A stretch of 63,993 nt of DNA, the filler included, from a bacterium (GTDB lineage Bacteria > UBA9089 > CG2-30-40-21 > SBAY01): assembly GCA_040757115.1 (NCBI GenBank). It is 8 parts of 8 records of this genome, joined end to end, with 100 filler letters (N's around TTAATTAATTAA, not from the genome) between each part and the next. Parts side by side here need not be neighbours in the genome. Positions count along the whole stretch, not along the records: positions 49,431 to 54,598 come from JBFLYA010000263.1; positions 54,699 to 59,845 come from JBFLYA010000264.1; positions 59,946 to 63,993 come from JBFLYA010000305.1; 5 more parts are not named here. One strand, given 5' to 3'. Every line of letters begins with the position of its first letter. The stretch's first letter is position 1. Under the pieces are notes generated by a model that saw nothing but the letters and a program-made list of their open reading frames with translations, did no database searches and had not been told where the DNA came from. Made by a program: the position numbers and the translations under genes. This document shows, piece after piece, positions 50,663 to 60,328 of this stretch.

Positions 50663-51970
50663 ATGAAAAGATGTTCGGGTTTGATTTCTGCCATAAGTCT
50701 TGGTTGTCCAAAGAATTTGGTTGATACAGAAGTGATGCTTGGGTTGTTAGAAAACGCCGGCTATGAGATTACTTTCAATCCAGAAAGGTCTCAAATACTG
50801 ATTATTAATACCTGTGCTTTTATTCAGCCCGCGGTCAACGAAGCAAAAATAATTATCCAGAATTCATTGAATAAAAATCAAAAGATAATTGTTGCTGGTT
50901 GTCTTGTTCAACGAGATGGAGATAAACTTTTAGAGGAGTTCCCGGAGGTATCTTATTTAATTGCCCCAGGACAGATTCATAAAATTGACAAAATACTTAA
51001 TACCTCTCAAAAGGTCTATTGCAATAGACCTGAATTTATCTATTCGTCTCAGACCCCTCGATTGCGGACGACCATTAATTTTACTGCATACATCAAGATA
51101 GCGGAGGGATGTAATAATTGGTGTTCTTATTGCCTTATTCCAAAACTACGGGGGAAATTTAGAAGTCGTCCCATCGAAGATATTGTCAAAGAGGTAGAAA
51201 ATTTATCCGGCGTTGGGGTAAAAGAGATTATTTTGATTGCCCAGGATACAACCTTGTATGGGGTGGATATTTACGGTGAGGCAAAATTAGCTCAACTTCT
51301 AAAAAGATTAGTAAAAATCGAGCCAATAAAATGGATAAGGATTATGTATAGTCACCCGGAGCATCTGACCGATGATGTGATTTCGATAATGAGCAATTCT
51401 GCAAAAATTTGCCCATACATTGATATACCGATACAACATATTGACGATGAAATCCTTAACAGAATGAATCGGCCATTGCCAGGTCAAAAGATTTACGAAT
51501 TGATAAAAAAAATAAGGGAAACAATCCCGGATGTTGCCTTAAGAACTTCGCTAATGGTAGGATTTCCTGGAGAAACTGACAAAGATTTTAAAAAATTAGT
51601 GGATTTTGTCAAGGAAATAGAGTTTGACCGATTAGGTTTGTTCAAATATTCACCTGAGAAAGGGACTTTAGCCTATTCTATGCCAGACCAGATTCCAGAA
51701 CAAATTAAGGAAGAAAGATGGCTAATACTTTTAACACTCCAGCAGAAGATATCATCTAAAAAATTAAAGAATAGTATTGGAAAGAATCTGGAGGTAGTGA
51801 TAGAAAAAACAACAGACCAAATAACTTATGCCCGCAGTAAATACGATGCCCCAGACATCGATGGATTGGTCATTATTCATCAAAAAACAGGTAAAGTTGG
51901 TGAATTTATAGAAGTCAAGATAATTGATTCTAAAGAATATGACCTGATTGGAAGACCAACAAGACGCTGA
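50663..51970 (+). CDS. rimO: Ribosomal protein S12 methylthiotransferase
   Basis: SLGCPKNLVD, NTCAFI, KIAEGCNNWCSYC and APDIDG TRAM motifs. Confidence 0.95.
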   Translation: MKRCSGLISAISLGCPKNLVDTEVMLGLLENAGYEITFNPERSQILIINTCAFIQPAVNEAKIIIQNSLNKNQKIIVAGCLVQRDGDKLLEEFPEVSYLIAPGQIHKIDKILNTSQKVYCNRPEFIYSSQTPRLRTTINFTAYIKIAEGCNNWCSYCLIPKLRGKFRSRPIEDIVKEVENLSGVGVKEIILIAQDTTLYGVDIYGEAKLAQLLKRLVKIEPIKWIRIMYSHPEHLTDDVISIMSNSAKICPYIDIPIQHIDDEILNRMNRPLPGQKIYELIKKIRETIPDVALRTSLMVGFPGETDKDFKKLVDFVKEIEFDRLGLFKYSPEKGTLAYSMPDQIPEQIKEERWLILLTLQQKISSKKLKNSIGKNLEVVIEKTTDQITYARSKYDAPDIDGLVIIHQKTGKVGEFIEVKIIDSKEYDLIGRPTRR

Positions 51971-51981
51971 AGGAGGTTACT

Positions 51982-52446
51982 ATGTTAATCATTACGACAA
52001 GGGCTCCTGAACAAACAAAGTTATGGGGAGAGAGATTAGGCAAGTATTTAGAAAAAAGTGATATTGTTTGTCTATTCGGTGGTTTAGGCGCGGGGAAAAC
52101 CGTATTTACTCAGGGAATAGCCAGAGGACTTGGCGTGGCGGATGAATATGTCAATTCGCCTACCTTCTTAATGCTCCGTGAATACCGTCAGGCTCGATTA
52201 CCACTTTTTCACTTTGACCTGTATCGATTAGAGTCCCTGAACGAATTGTATGACCTGGGTTATGAAGAATATTTCTTTGGAGATGGTATCACCGTAATTG
52301 AATGGCCGGAAAAGGTGGAAGAACTAATACCACCTGAATACCTGAGAGTGGAAATTGAGTGGATTGATTCTCATAGCCGTGAGATTAACTTTATCCCTTA
52401 TGGAAACCATTACCAGCAAATTGTTGCTCAATTGAAAAGAAAATAG
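51982..52446 (+). CDS. tsaE: t6A biosynthesis ATPase TsaE
   Basis: GAGKT, SPTF, HFDLYRL and IEWPE motifs. Confidence 0.95.
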   Translation: MLIITTRAPEQTKLWGERLGKYLEKSDIVCLFGGLGAGKTVFTQGIARGLGVADEYVNSPTFLMLREYRQARLPLFHFDLYRLESLNELYDLGYEEYFFGDGITVIEWPEKVEELIPPEYLRVEIEWIDSHSREINFIPYGNHYQQIVAQLKRK

Positions 52447-52449
52447 AAA

Positions 52450-53115
52450 ATGACGATGAAGGTTTTAGGTATAGAAACATCAACACCAGCAGGAAGTATT
52501 GCCTTAATTGATGAGGAAGAGATAATCTCTGAATACACTTATCAAGGTAAATTAGAGCATTCTACCTGGCTAATACCTGCTATTGACACGGTTCTGAAAG
52601 ATGCAGGTTTATCTGTTAGGGAGATAGAGGGGATAGCCGTTTCTTCGGGGCCAGGCTCTTTTACCGGGCTACGAATTGGGGTTAGCACGGCGAAAGGATT
52701 AGCGTATGGACTAAACATTCCGTTAGTCGGTATTTCTACATTAGATAGCCTTGCTTTAAATCTGCTTTATACCGAAAAGATTATCTGCCCGATATTAGAT
52801 GCAAGGAAAAATGAGATTTATACTGCTTTCTATCAAGGTCAACCCCCTCAACGGCTAACGGATTATTTACTTATTTCTCCTCAAAGATTAATTGAGATGA
52901 TTTCTCAACCAACTATCTTTTTAGGTCAGGGGCTTAAATTATATCAGGAACAACTTAAAGAGGCATTGAAAAATAGAGAAGTCTATTTTGCTCCATTATC
53001 TTTATGGTTACTACGGGCAAGTAACCTGGCGATATTGGGGCTAAAAGAACTAAAAGCAGGCAATCAGGTAGATATTTATTCTTTTACTCCATTCTATCTC
53101 AGAATGGCACTGTGA
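52450..53115 (+). CDS. tsaB: t6A biosynthesis protein TsaB
   Basis: LGIETST, GPGSFTGLRIG and DARKNEIY motifs. Confidence 0.95.
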   Translation: MTMKVLGIETSTPAGSIALIDEEEIISEYTYQGKLEHSTWLIPAIDTVLKDAGLSVREIEGIAVSSGPGSFTGLRIGVSTAKGLAYGLNIPLVGISTLDSLALNLLYTEKIICPILDARKNEIYTAFYQGQPPQRLTDYLLISPQRLIEMISQPTIFLGQGLKLYQEQLKEALKNREVYFAPLSLWLLRASNLAILGLKELKAGNQVDIYSFTPFYLRMAL

Positions 53116-53134
53116 GTTACAGAAAGGGAGAAAA

Positions 53135-53785
53135 ATGATATTAATCATTGATAATTACGATTCCTTTACTTATAATCTTGTTCAATATTTAGGGGAAATA
53201 GGATTAAGTGGAGATAATATCGCGGACAAATTAACGGTTTATCGAAATGATAAAATCACAATTGATATGATTTATAAATTATCTCCTGAGGCTATTTTAA
53301 TCTCTCCAGGCCCCTGCACACCGTTACAAGCCGGGATATCTAATGAGATAATTAAAGAATTTGCCGGTAAGATACCTATGTTAGGTGTTTGTCTTGGACA
53401 TCAGTGTATGGGATATGTCTTTGGTGGAGAAATCGTTCGAGCAGATAGACTTATGCATGGTAAAACATCCTTGATCTATCACAATGGCAAAAGGATATAC
53501 GAGGGTATTGAAAACCCATTTGTCGCTACCCGTTACCACTCCTTAATAATCAAAAAGGATACTTTTCCAGATTGCTTAGAAATAACTGCCTGGACACAAG
53601 AAGAAGAGATAATGGGTATCCGACATAAAGAATATGATGTCGAAGGAATACAATTTCACCCCGAATCTATATTAACTAAAGTTGGAAAAGACATATTAAG
53701 GAAATGGGTAAAAATAGCAAGTAAAATTGCGGGTGTAGATACCATTCAAAATTCAGGCATAAAAAAAATTAAAAAAAATAGTTGA
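53135..53785 (+). CDS. Anthranilate/aminodeoxychorismate synthase component II (TrpG/PabA)
   Basis: IDNYDSFTYN, SPGP, GVCLGHQ, RYHSL and QFHPES motifs. Confidence 0.93.
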   Translation: MILIIDNYDSFTYNLVQYLGEIGLSGDNIADKLTVYRNDKITIDMIYKLSPEAILISPGPCTPLQAGISNEIIKEFAGKIPMLGVCLGHQCMGYVFGGEIVRADRLMHGKTSLIYHNGKRIYEGIENPFVATRYHSLIIKKDTFPDCLEITAWTQEEEIMGIRHKEYDVEGIQFHPESILTKVGKDILRKWVKIASKIAGVDTIQNSGIKKIKKNS

Positions 53786-53810
53786 CAAAATTATGAAGTA
53801 ATGGTATATT
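53782..53810 (+). promoter_or_regulatory. sigma70 promoter upstream of rpsL
   Basis: TTGACA-17-TATATT. Confidence 0.7.
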
Positions 53811-53926
53811 TATATATCATAATTTTTTTTGTAGAGTTTTAGTAATAATCTCTTAAAAAAGGAGGGAGAGAAGAGAAAAAGATATTTTAAATTTCCTCTA
53901 AGTTTTTAAGAGTCCTATTTTTTTAC

Positions 53927-53959
53927 AAAAAAAGCAGGCTTACTAAGGCTTGCTTTTTT
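53927..53959. terminator. Intrinsic terminator-like hairpin
   Basis: A-run-GCAGGC-loop-GCTTGC-T6. Confidence 0.5.
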
Positions 53960-53996
53960 ATTCTCACTAAACTCTACCGAAAGGATGGAGGATAAA

Positions 53997-54377
53997 GTGC
54001 CAACGGTTAATCAATTAGTTAGATTTGAAAGGGAGAAAATGATAAGCAGGAAAAAAACTCCGGCTTTAGGAGGATGTCCGCAGGCTAAAGGGGTGTGCAC
54101 ACGCGTCTATACGACTACACCCAAAAAACCAAATTCTGCTTTAAGAAAAGTAGCCCGAGTCCGATTATCTAAAGGGGGCGAAGTAACATCTTATATCCCG
54201 GGTATTGGACATAATCTCCAGGAACATTCCATTGTTTTAATCCGTGGGGGTAGGGTAAAAGATTTACCCGGCGTTCGATACCATATTATTCGAGGCACTT
54301 TAGATACTATAGGCGTTACGGATAGAAGAAAAGCAAGGTCTAAATATGGAACTAAAAGACCGAAAACAGGAAAGTAG
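53997..54377 (+). CDS. rpsL: 30S ribosomal protein S12
   Basis: [21 protein letters not shown] and RVKDLPG motifs. GGAGG before GTG 53997. Confidence 0.98.
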   Translation: MPTVNQLVRFEREKMISRKKTPALGGCPQAKGVCTRVYTTTPKKPNSALRKVARVRLSKGGEVTSYIPGIGHNLQEHSIVLIRGGRVKDLPGVRYHIIRGTLDTIGVTDRRKARSKYGTKRPKTGK

Positions 54378-54598
54378 CTAGTGCTCTGTCGCCATTCAAG
54401 TGATTGATTGGCCGTTGTCCCCCGCTGGCAGGGGTCTAATCCTTACCCACAAATTGGGTAACAAGATGAGATAAGCAAGGATAAACTATAAACGGGAGAT
54501 TAGAGATTGCAGGAGAGCGGAGTGAGTGGCAAAATTCCAAATCACAAATTCCAAAATACAAATAAATTCCAATGACCAAAATTCAAAATTCCAAACAA
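54378..54598 (+). mobile_element. CTAGTGCTCTGTCGC-ended element immediately after rpsL (partial)
   Basis: Matches the inverted 38843-39064. Runs into MTKIQNSKQ at 54572. Confidence 0.75.
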
Positions 54599-54846
54599 NN
54601 NNNNNNNNNNNNNNNNNNNNNNNNNNNNNNNNNNNNNNNNNNTTAATTAATTAANNNNNNNNNNNNNNNNNNNNNNNNNNNNNNNNNNNNNNNNNNNNTT
54701 CTCGGTGAATTTTTAGAGACTGAATTCACCTATGTTTAGGAGAGATAGAAAAAAATATTTTTCGTAAAGATTTTGAGAGGAAAATAAGGAATAATGAGTC
54801 TCTATCTAATTTTTCACCGAGAATTCCTGAGAGTTACTAAATTTTG

Positions 54847-54875
54847 TTGACATAATGAGGGAAAAGGTGTAAAAT
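54847..54875 (+). promoter_or_regulatory. sigma70 promoter
   Basis: TTGACA-17-TAAAAT. Confidence 0.7.
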
Positions 54876-54886
54876 AATATATTAAA

Positions 54887-56017
54887 GTGATAAGTAGATT
54901 ATTTATCTTTTTTATGATATTATTTGTTCCTTATGTTTTTGCTCAGGAGTTACTACCAACGGTCGCGGATGTAGTTAATGAAGTCAGCCCAGCGGTAGTA
55001 TTGATAAAAGGTGAAAAAATCTCCCAAACATATCAACCAGGCAGGGTGATTGTCAAGCATGATTATCGAATAGGCTCCGGGTTCATTATTGACCCGGCAG
55101 GCTATATCCTCACCTGCCACCATATTATTAGTGATGCCGATAATATCGAGGTAGAACTTAAATCTGGTGAAAAATATGAGGCAAAAATACTTAAAATAGA
55201 TAAGAAAACAGATATTAGTCTACTTAAAATTTCTCACAGAAAACCTTTACCTCAAGTCAAGATAGGGGACCCGACAAAGGTCCGAGAGGGAAATCCCATT
55301 ATTATCATCGGCAATCCATTACCGCAACAGGTAAATATGCCCCCAAAGGCATTTAAACATTCAGTTGCTTGTGGCGTAATTGGTTCTACAGAACGGGTAA
55401 GTAATAATAACCTGCATCTATTTCAACTAAGTTTGCCAGTTAATTTTGGTAATAGTGGAGGTCCTTTATTCAATGAGTATGGCGAAGTCATTGGAATAGT
55501 TAATTCTAAAATGCTTACATTTAACGGCTATCCTCTGGAAGGAGTTGGGTTTGCTCTCTCTATTGAAGAAGCAAAGGGAATATTTAATGAATTTACTGTT
55601 TATAAAAGAAAAGAAAAACTCACTCTGTCTGATGATTTATCAAAAGACAAGGTTAAATTACTGATTCTTTTAGCCATTATCGCCGTTCTATTAACTTCCA
55701 TATTATTTTTCAGGATATCTCAAAATAGATGGCGGCAATATAAGTTTATCAAGAAAAAACTCTATAAATGTGTTTATGCTGGTGACTATCAAGGGTTTTC
55801 TACAATTATTCATAAAATATTGAAGAACTCCTTTATCAAAGATAAAAATTATAGTCTTGAACCATTAATGAATGATTTATTTCTTTTACAAACCAGACAG
55901 CCATGGATAGTAACAGAATTGAGTAACCAACTAAAAGATTTAAGCACCCGGTTAGATGGGAGATTAGATTTGCAGAGAGAGATAATGAAATATCAGGTAA
56001 AATGCAAGGTAAAATAG
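54887..56017 (+). CDS. HtrA-like trypsin serine protease without PDZ, with internal TM
   Basis: Signal peptide; GSGFII, TCHH, DISLLK and GNSGGPL motifs; TM after the protease domain. Confidence 0.88.
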   Translation: MISRLFIFFMILFVPYVFAQELLPTVADVVNEVSPAVVLIKGEKISQTYQPGRVIVKHDYRIGSGFIIDPAGYILTCHHIISDADNIEVELKSGEKYEAKILKIDKKTDISLLKISHRKPLPQVKIGDPTKVREGNPIIIIGNPLPQQVNMPPKAFKHSVACGVIGSTERVSNNNLHLFQLSLPVNFGNSGGPLFNEYGEVIGIVNSKMLTFNGYPLEGVGFALSIEEAKGIFNEFTVYKRKEKLTLSDDLSKDKVKLLILLAIIAVLLTSILFFRISQNRWRQYKFIKKKLYKCVYAGDYQGFSTIIHKILKNSFIKDKNYSLEPLMNDLFLLQTRQPWIVTELSNQLKDLSTRLDGRLDLQREIMKYQVKCKVK

Positions 56018-56069
56018 GATTTGGGGGAAACAACAAATAAATATCAAATATCAAATATTAAATATCAAA

Positions 56070-56136
56070 ATGCAAAATTACAAATCAAATTTCAAAAAGG
56101 ACTTCAAGTATTTTAACGCTGAAAGGAAAGAGATAA
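56070..56136 (+). pseudogene. Internally deleted four-helix-bundle gene
   Basis: MQNYKSNFKK joined out of frame to TSSILTLKGKR*, preceded by AAATATC heptamers. Confidence 0.55.
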
Positions 56137-56291
56137 TTTTACTGAACTTTGGCAAATTTGCAAATTCTCTGAAAAACTTAAAACTAAAAACCGTTGATAG
56201 TTGATAGTTGAAGGACTATAAACTATAAACTATACACTATCAACTATAAACTATACACTACTCTAAGAGTTCCATTTCAAAGGAGACGAAG

Positions 56292-56861
56292 ATGTTATAT
56301 TCGCCAGTTTTAATTTTAAATTCAGGAATGACGCCCATAGACATCTGTCGGGTAAAGGATGCAATTGTGCTTCAGATATTGGAGAAGGCAAATGCGATTA
56401 GAGTCGAAGAAGATAAGAAAATCAGGTCACAATATCTGTCATTCCCACTACCCCGGGTGATAACTCTAATTAATTACTATAAAATTCCGCGTAAAAAGGT
56501 AGTTTATTCGAGGTTAAATATTATTTATCGGGATGATATGAAATGTATGTATTGTGGAAAAAGGTATGCAATAGATTTTCTAACAGTTGACCATCTTATT
56601 CCGCGTTCAAGATGGGATAGTGTTCCTCCACAGAAGCGGCCGCCGGCAATTAACTGTTGGGAGAATCAGGTTTGTGCCTGCCGCAGCTGTAATGCTATCA
56701 AAGGCAATAAACTCTTACACGAATGTGGCTTAACACTAAGAAAACAACCTTATGAGCCCAAATATGTCCCTCATTTAATCATCTCAAGACCAAAGGCAGA
56801 AAAATATGGTTGGTTAGAATTTTTAACGCACAATGTGAAGATAGTAGATTTTATCGTGTAA
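56292..56861 (+). CDS. HNH endonuclease (McrA-like)
   Basis: VLILN, RDDMKCMYCG, TVDHLIPRS and ACRSCNAIKG motifs. Confidence 0.9.
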   Translation: MLYSPVLILNSGMTPIDICRVKDAIVLQILEKANAIRVEEDKKIRSQYLSFPLPRVITLINYYKIPRKKVVYSRLNIIYRDDMKCMYCGKRYAIDFLTVDHLIPRSRWDSVPPQKRPPAINCWENQVCACRSCNAIKGNKLLHECGLTLRKQPYEPKYVPHLIISRPKAEKYGWLEFLTHNVKIVDFIV

Positions 56862-56938
56862 GCATTCAGTTGCAGTCCGCTTTAACTGGATGTAAAATGT
56901 ATGTGACTGTTGATACCTAATGGCTGGACGATTACCGA

Positions 56939-57661
56939 TTATCGGACATAATTCCTCAAAGTCCCAATACCCTTAATCTTAATTTCAATTATATCCCCGG
57001 GATTCATTGGACCAATACCCGCAGGCGTGCCAGTCGTAATTACATCCCCGGGTAATAAAGTCATCACTTTTGAAATAAAACTCACCAATTCTTCTACTTT
57101 AAAAATAAGATTTTGGGTATTAGATGATTGTTTTAATGTGCCATTCAAATATGATTCAATCTGCAGGTTATTGGGATTGATGTCATTGACGACAAAAGGA
57201 CCAATTGGCGAGAAGGTATCAAATGATTTTGCCCTTGTCCATTGGCCATCTTTTTTCTGAAGGTCTCTGGCGGTTACATCATTAAAACAGGTAAATCCTA
57301 ATATTTTGTCCCAGACATTATCAGGCTCTAAATCTTTAGCCCTGTCTTTTATAATCACGGCTAATTCTGCCTCGTAGTCTAATTGTTTTGTTTGAGGAGG
57401 ATAGATGATAGAGTCTTCATGACCAATAATCGAACTGGGCGGTTTCATAAACAGGACTGGTTCATCGGGAATAGGTAGATTTAGTTCTCTGGCGTGATCT
57501 TTATAATTCAATCCGACCGCGATAATCTTTGACGGCTGGGATGGAGGTAAAATCTTCACTTCATTCAGGTTATAACTCATTCCATCCGCACAACTAATAA
57601 TGTCTTTTTCAACTATTCCTTTTTTACTCTCTTTCCCATCAAAAAACATAACCCATTTCAT
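56939..57661 (-). CDS. Fumarylacetoacetate hydrolase family protein
   Basis: VGLNY..H, FMKP, DYEAEL, NDVTARD, KSFDTF and TGTP motifs. Confidence 0.93.
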   Translation of the reverse strand: MKWVMFFDGKESKKGIVEKDIISCADGMSYNLNEVKILPPSQPSKIIAVGLNYKDHARELNLPIPDEPVLFMKPPSSIIGHEDSIIYPPQTKQLDYEAELAVIIKDRAKDLEPDNVWDKILGFTCFNDVTARDLQKKDGQWTRAKSFDTFSPIGPFVVNDINPNNLQIESYLNGTLKQSSNTQNLIFKVEELVSFISKVMTLLPGDVITTGTPAGIGPMNPGDIIEIKIKGIGTLRNYVR

Positions 57662-57684
57662 AATACTTCAGATAACCCCAAGGA

Positions 57685-58014
57685 GTAATCGTTCAGGTGG
57701 TAATTTACCGCAGAGACGCAGAGGAACAGAGAAGACATAGAAATAAATCAGATAACAGAAAAGATTATTGAGGCAATCATAGTAATACATAGGACATCGT
57801 AACTATTCAGCCACAGATGGACACGGATGAAACACTGAAAATTCGTAAATCGTATCCGTTTTCCGTGTCCGTAATTAGGCTGAAGGTTTTTCCTCCTGTT
57901 GTCCTCTGCCTTCTCCCCTCTGTATTTATCCGTGCTAATCCGTGTTAATCAGTGGCTGAATAATTACTTTAATTTTTTTCTCTGCGTCTCTGCGTCTCTG
58001 CGGTGAACAGTTAC
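57685..58014. mobile_element. Deleted GxxExxY element with nested MITE (57799-57967)
   Basis: GTAATCGTTCA...TGAACAGTTAC ends and an [10 protein letters not shown] remnant. Confidence 0.75.
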
Positions 58015-59007
58015 CTATTTTTTAATCCAATTCATCATTTTTCGTAGTTGAGCCCCTATTTTTTCAATGAGATGTTCGGAGTCTTTTTTAAGTAAGGCAT
58101 TGAATACAGGGCGATTAGCCTGGTTTTCTAAAACCCATTCTTTAGCAAAATGTCCATCCTGAATATATTTTAAAATCTCTTTCATCTTTTTGCGTGTCTC
58201 ATCAGTAACAATCATTCTTCCTCTTGTTACATCACCATATTTAGCCGTATCGCTAATTGCCTGACGCATACCCATAATTCCTCGTTCATAAATCAAGTCA
58301 ACAATAAGTTTTAACTCATGACAGCATTCAAAATAGGCTATTTCTGGCTGGTAGCCTGCCTCAACTAAGGTATCAAAGCTTGCCCTGATTAATTCTGATG
58401 TTCCGCCGCATAAAACTACCTGTTCTCCAAACAGGTCTGTTTCGGTTTCTTCGGCAAATGTTGTTTCAATCACACCCGCACGAGTTCCGCCAATACCTTT
58501 CGCATAAGATAAGGCAAGTGGTTTTGCCTGTCCTGAGGCATCCTGATAAATAGCAATTAGATTAGGCACTCCACCACCTTCCACAAATACCTGTCTTACC
58601 AGCCGACCAGGACCTTTTGGAGCAATCATCACCACATCAATGTTCTTTGGAGGAACTATCTGTCCAAAGTGGATATTAAATCCATGAGAAAAACCCAATA
58701 CCTTCCCTGTCTTAAGGTTATCTGCAATCTCAGATTTATATACCTGAGCCTGAAACTGGTCAGGAACTAATAATTGGATATAATCGGCTACATCAGAAGC
58801 ATCTTTAGCCAATACGGGTTTAAATCCATCTTCAATTGCCTTTTCGTAATTAGGACTGCCCTTTACCTCAGCGACAATTACTTCTAAGCCGCTATCTCGT
58901 AGATTTTGGGCATGGGCATGTCCTTGTGCTCCATAGCCAATGATAGCAATTTTCTTCCCTTTTAGAACTTGTAAATCTGCATCCCTGTCATAATAAATTG
59001 TTGCCAT
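58015..59007 (-). CDS. ilvC: Ketol-acid reductoisomerase
   Basis: [20 protein letters not shown] and [10 protein letters not shown] motifs. Confidence 0.97.
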   Translation of the reverse strand: MATIYYDRDADLQVLKGKKIAIIGYGAQGHAHAQNLRDSGLEVIVAEVKGSPNYEKAIEDGFKPVLAKDASDVADYIQLLVPDQFQAQVYKSEIADNLKTGKVLGFSHGFNIHFGQIVPPKNIDVVMIAPKGPGRLVRQVFVEGGGVPNLIAIYQDASGQAKPLALSYAKGIGGTRAGVIETTFAEETETDLFGEQVVLCGGTSELIRASFDTLVEAGYQPEIAYFECCHELKLIVDLIYERGIMGMRQAISDTAKYGDVTRGRMIVTDETRKKMKEILKYIQDGHFAKEWVLENQANRPVFNALLKKDSEHLIEKIGAQLRKMMNWIKK

Positions 59008-59054
59008 TTTTTTCCTCCTTTTTATTCTGGCGCTCTTTGCACCTTTGCGAGAGA

Positions 59055-59845
59055 TTATTTGATAATCCCTAATTTACCTGTTTTTGTCATCTTGCCATCC
59101 GATAAAATATAAATGTAAATCCCGGATGAGACCCTTTCGTTATCTTTGTTGATACAACCCCAGTCCCAGCCATCAATAATCTCCTCTTTCTCAAATACCT
59201 CTTCTCCAGCAATATTATAAATTTTTATCCTGAACTTCCCAGCAGGCAATCTAAAGATTATTTTATCACCTCTTGTTGGATTAGGATAACAAAATGCCTC
59301 CTGTAGAGAAGAAGGTGCTTTAATCTCTGGAAGTGGGGTCTCTGCCACTATCAGGCTAAACTCCCTTTTATCCTGGGCGGATTTATATTGATAAAAATTC
59401 ACCTTTCGCAGGTCAATTATTTTCGAGGTGAGTTTATCTTTTAAATAGAGATAATATCCCTCTGGCACCTCATCAATCTGCCAATTTATCTCCATATCCC
59501 CTGATTTACTACTTTCTACTGTAAATTCCCATATCTGTTCTTTTTCTATCTTACTTCTATAATCGAAAGCGTATTTGCCAGTAAAGTAAAGATTTATAAA
59601 GGGATATGTCGCAAATTGCCCGCCACTAACAGATAACATTGGTATTTCTCTTAGATGGACAGCATTTTTACTTACACCGATGAAATTAAACTCATCTGTC
59701 AGGCTACCAGCTTTAACGGATAGCTGAATTGCCCAGCCATCTTTATGCTTAAGTGGGTTAAATTCATCCACTTCACTCTCACTACGAACTTCATTATTCA
59801 CCACCCACTCCTCTATCGGGCAGAAACTCTTCCCCTCTTGAGAGG
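59055..59845 (-). CDS. 3' part of secreted protein with FlgD-Ig/T9SS-CTD-like C-terminus
   Basis: YPNP...IKIYNIAGE...WDW...SSGIYIY. Probably cut by the contig end. Confidence 0.75.
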
Positions 59846-60290
59846 NNNNNNNNNNNNNNNNNNNNNNNNNNNNNNNNNNNNNNNNNNNNTTAATTAATTA
59901 ANNNNNNNNNNNNNNNNNNNNNNNNNNNNNNNNNNNNNNNNNNNNCAATATATCGTTCCTACGGAACTGATTGATTTGTCTATCTATTCCTACCGATATT
60001 ATGTTCCTAACGGAACGATTATTCTCATGCCTTATTTATGGGTATTATCCTATGTAAACTTCCAGTTAATAATCGCTATATGTATTTCAATAGCTGCACC
60101 AATAATCTTTTCTGATATCTGATTTATTTCTATGTCTTCTGTGTTCCTCTGCGTCTCTGCGGTAAATTACCACCTGAACGGTTACAAATTCAGGGAGTGA
60201 AGTTTTGAGGATGGTTTCCCAAATGTCACTAATTCCCTGCATAAATAGAGTCTATAGTCTTGTGTCTGATGTCCAGTGTCTGAATTACAG

Positions 60291-60319
60291 TTGACATAAA
60301 TGATATTCTTTGCTATACT
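60291..60319 (+). promoter_or_regulatory. sigma70 promoter
   Basis: TTGACA-17-TATACT. Confidence 0.75.
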
Positions 60320-60328
60320 TTCACCAGG

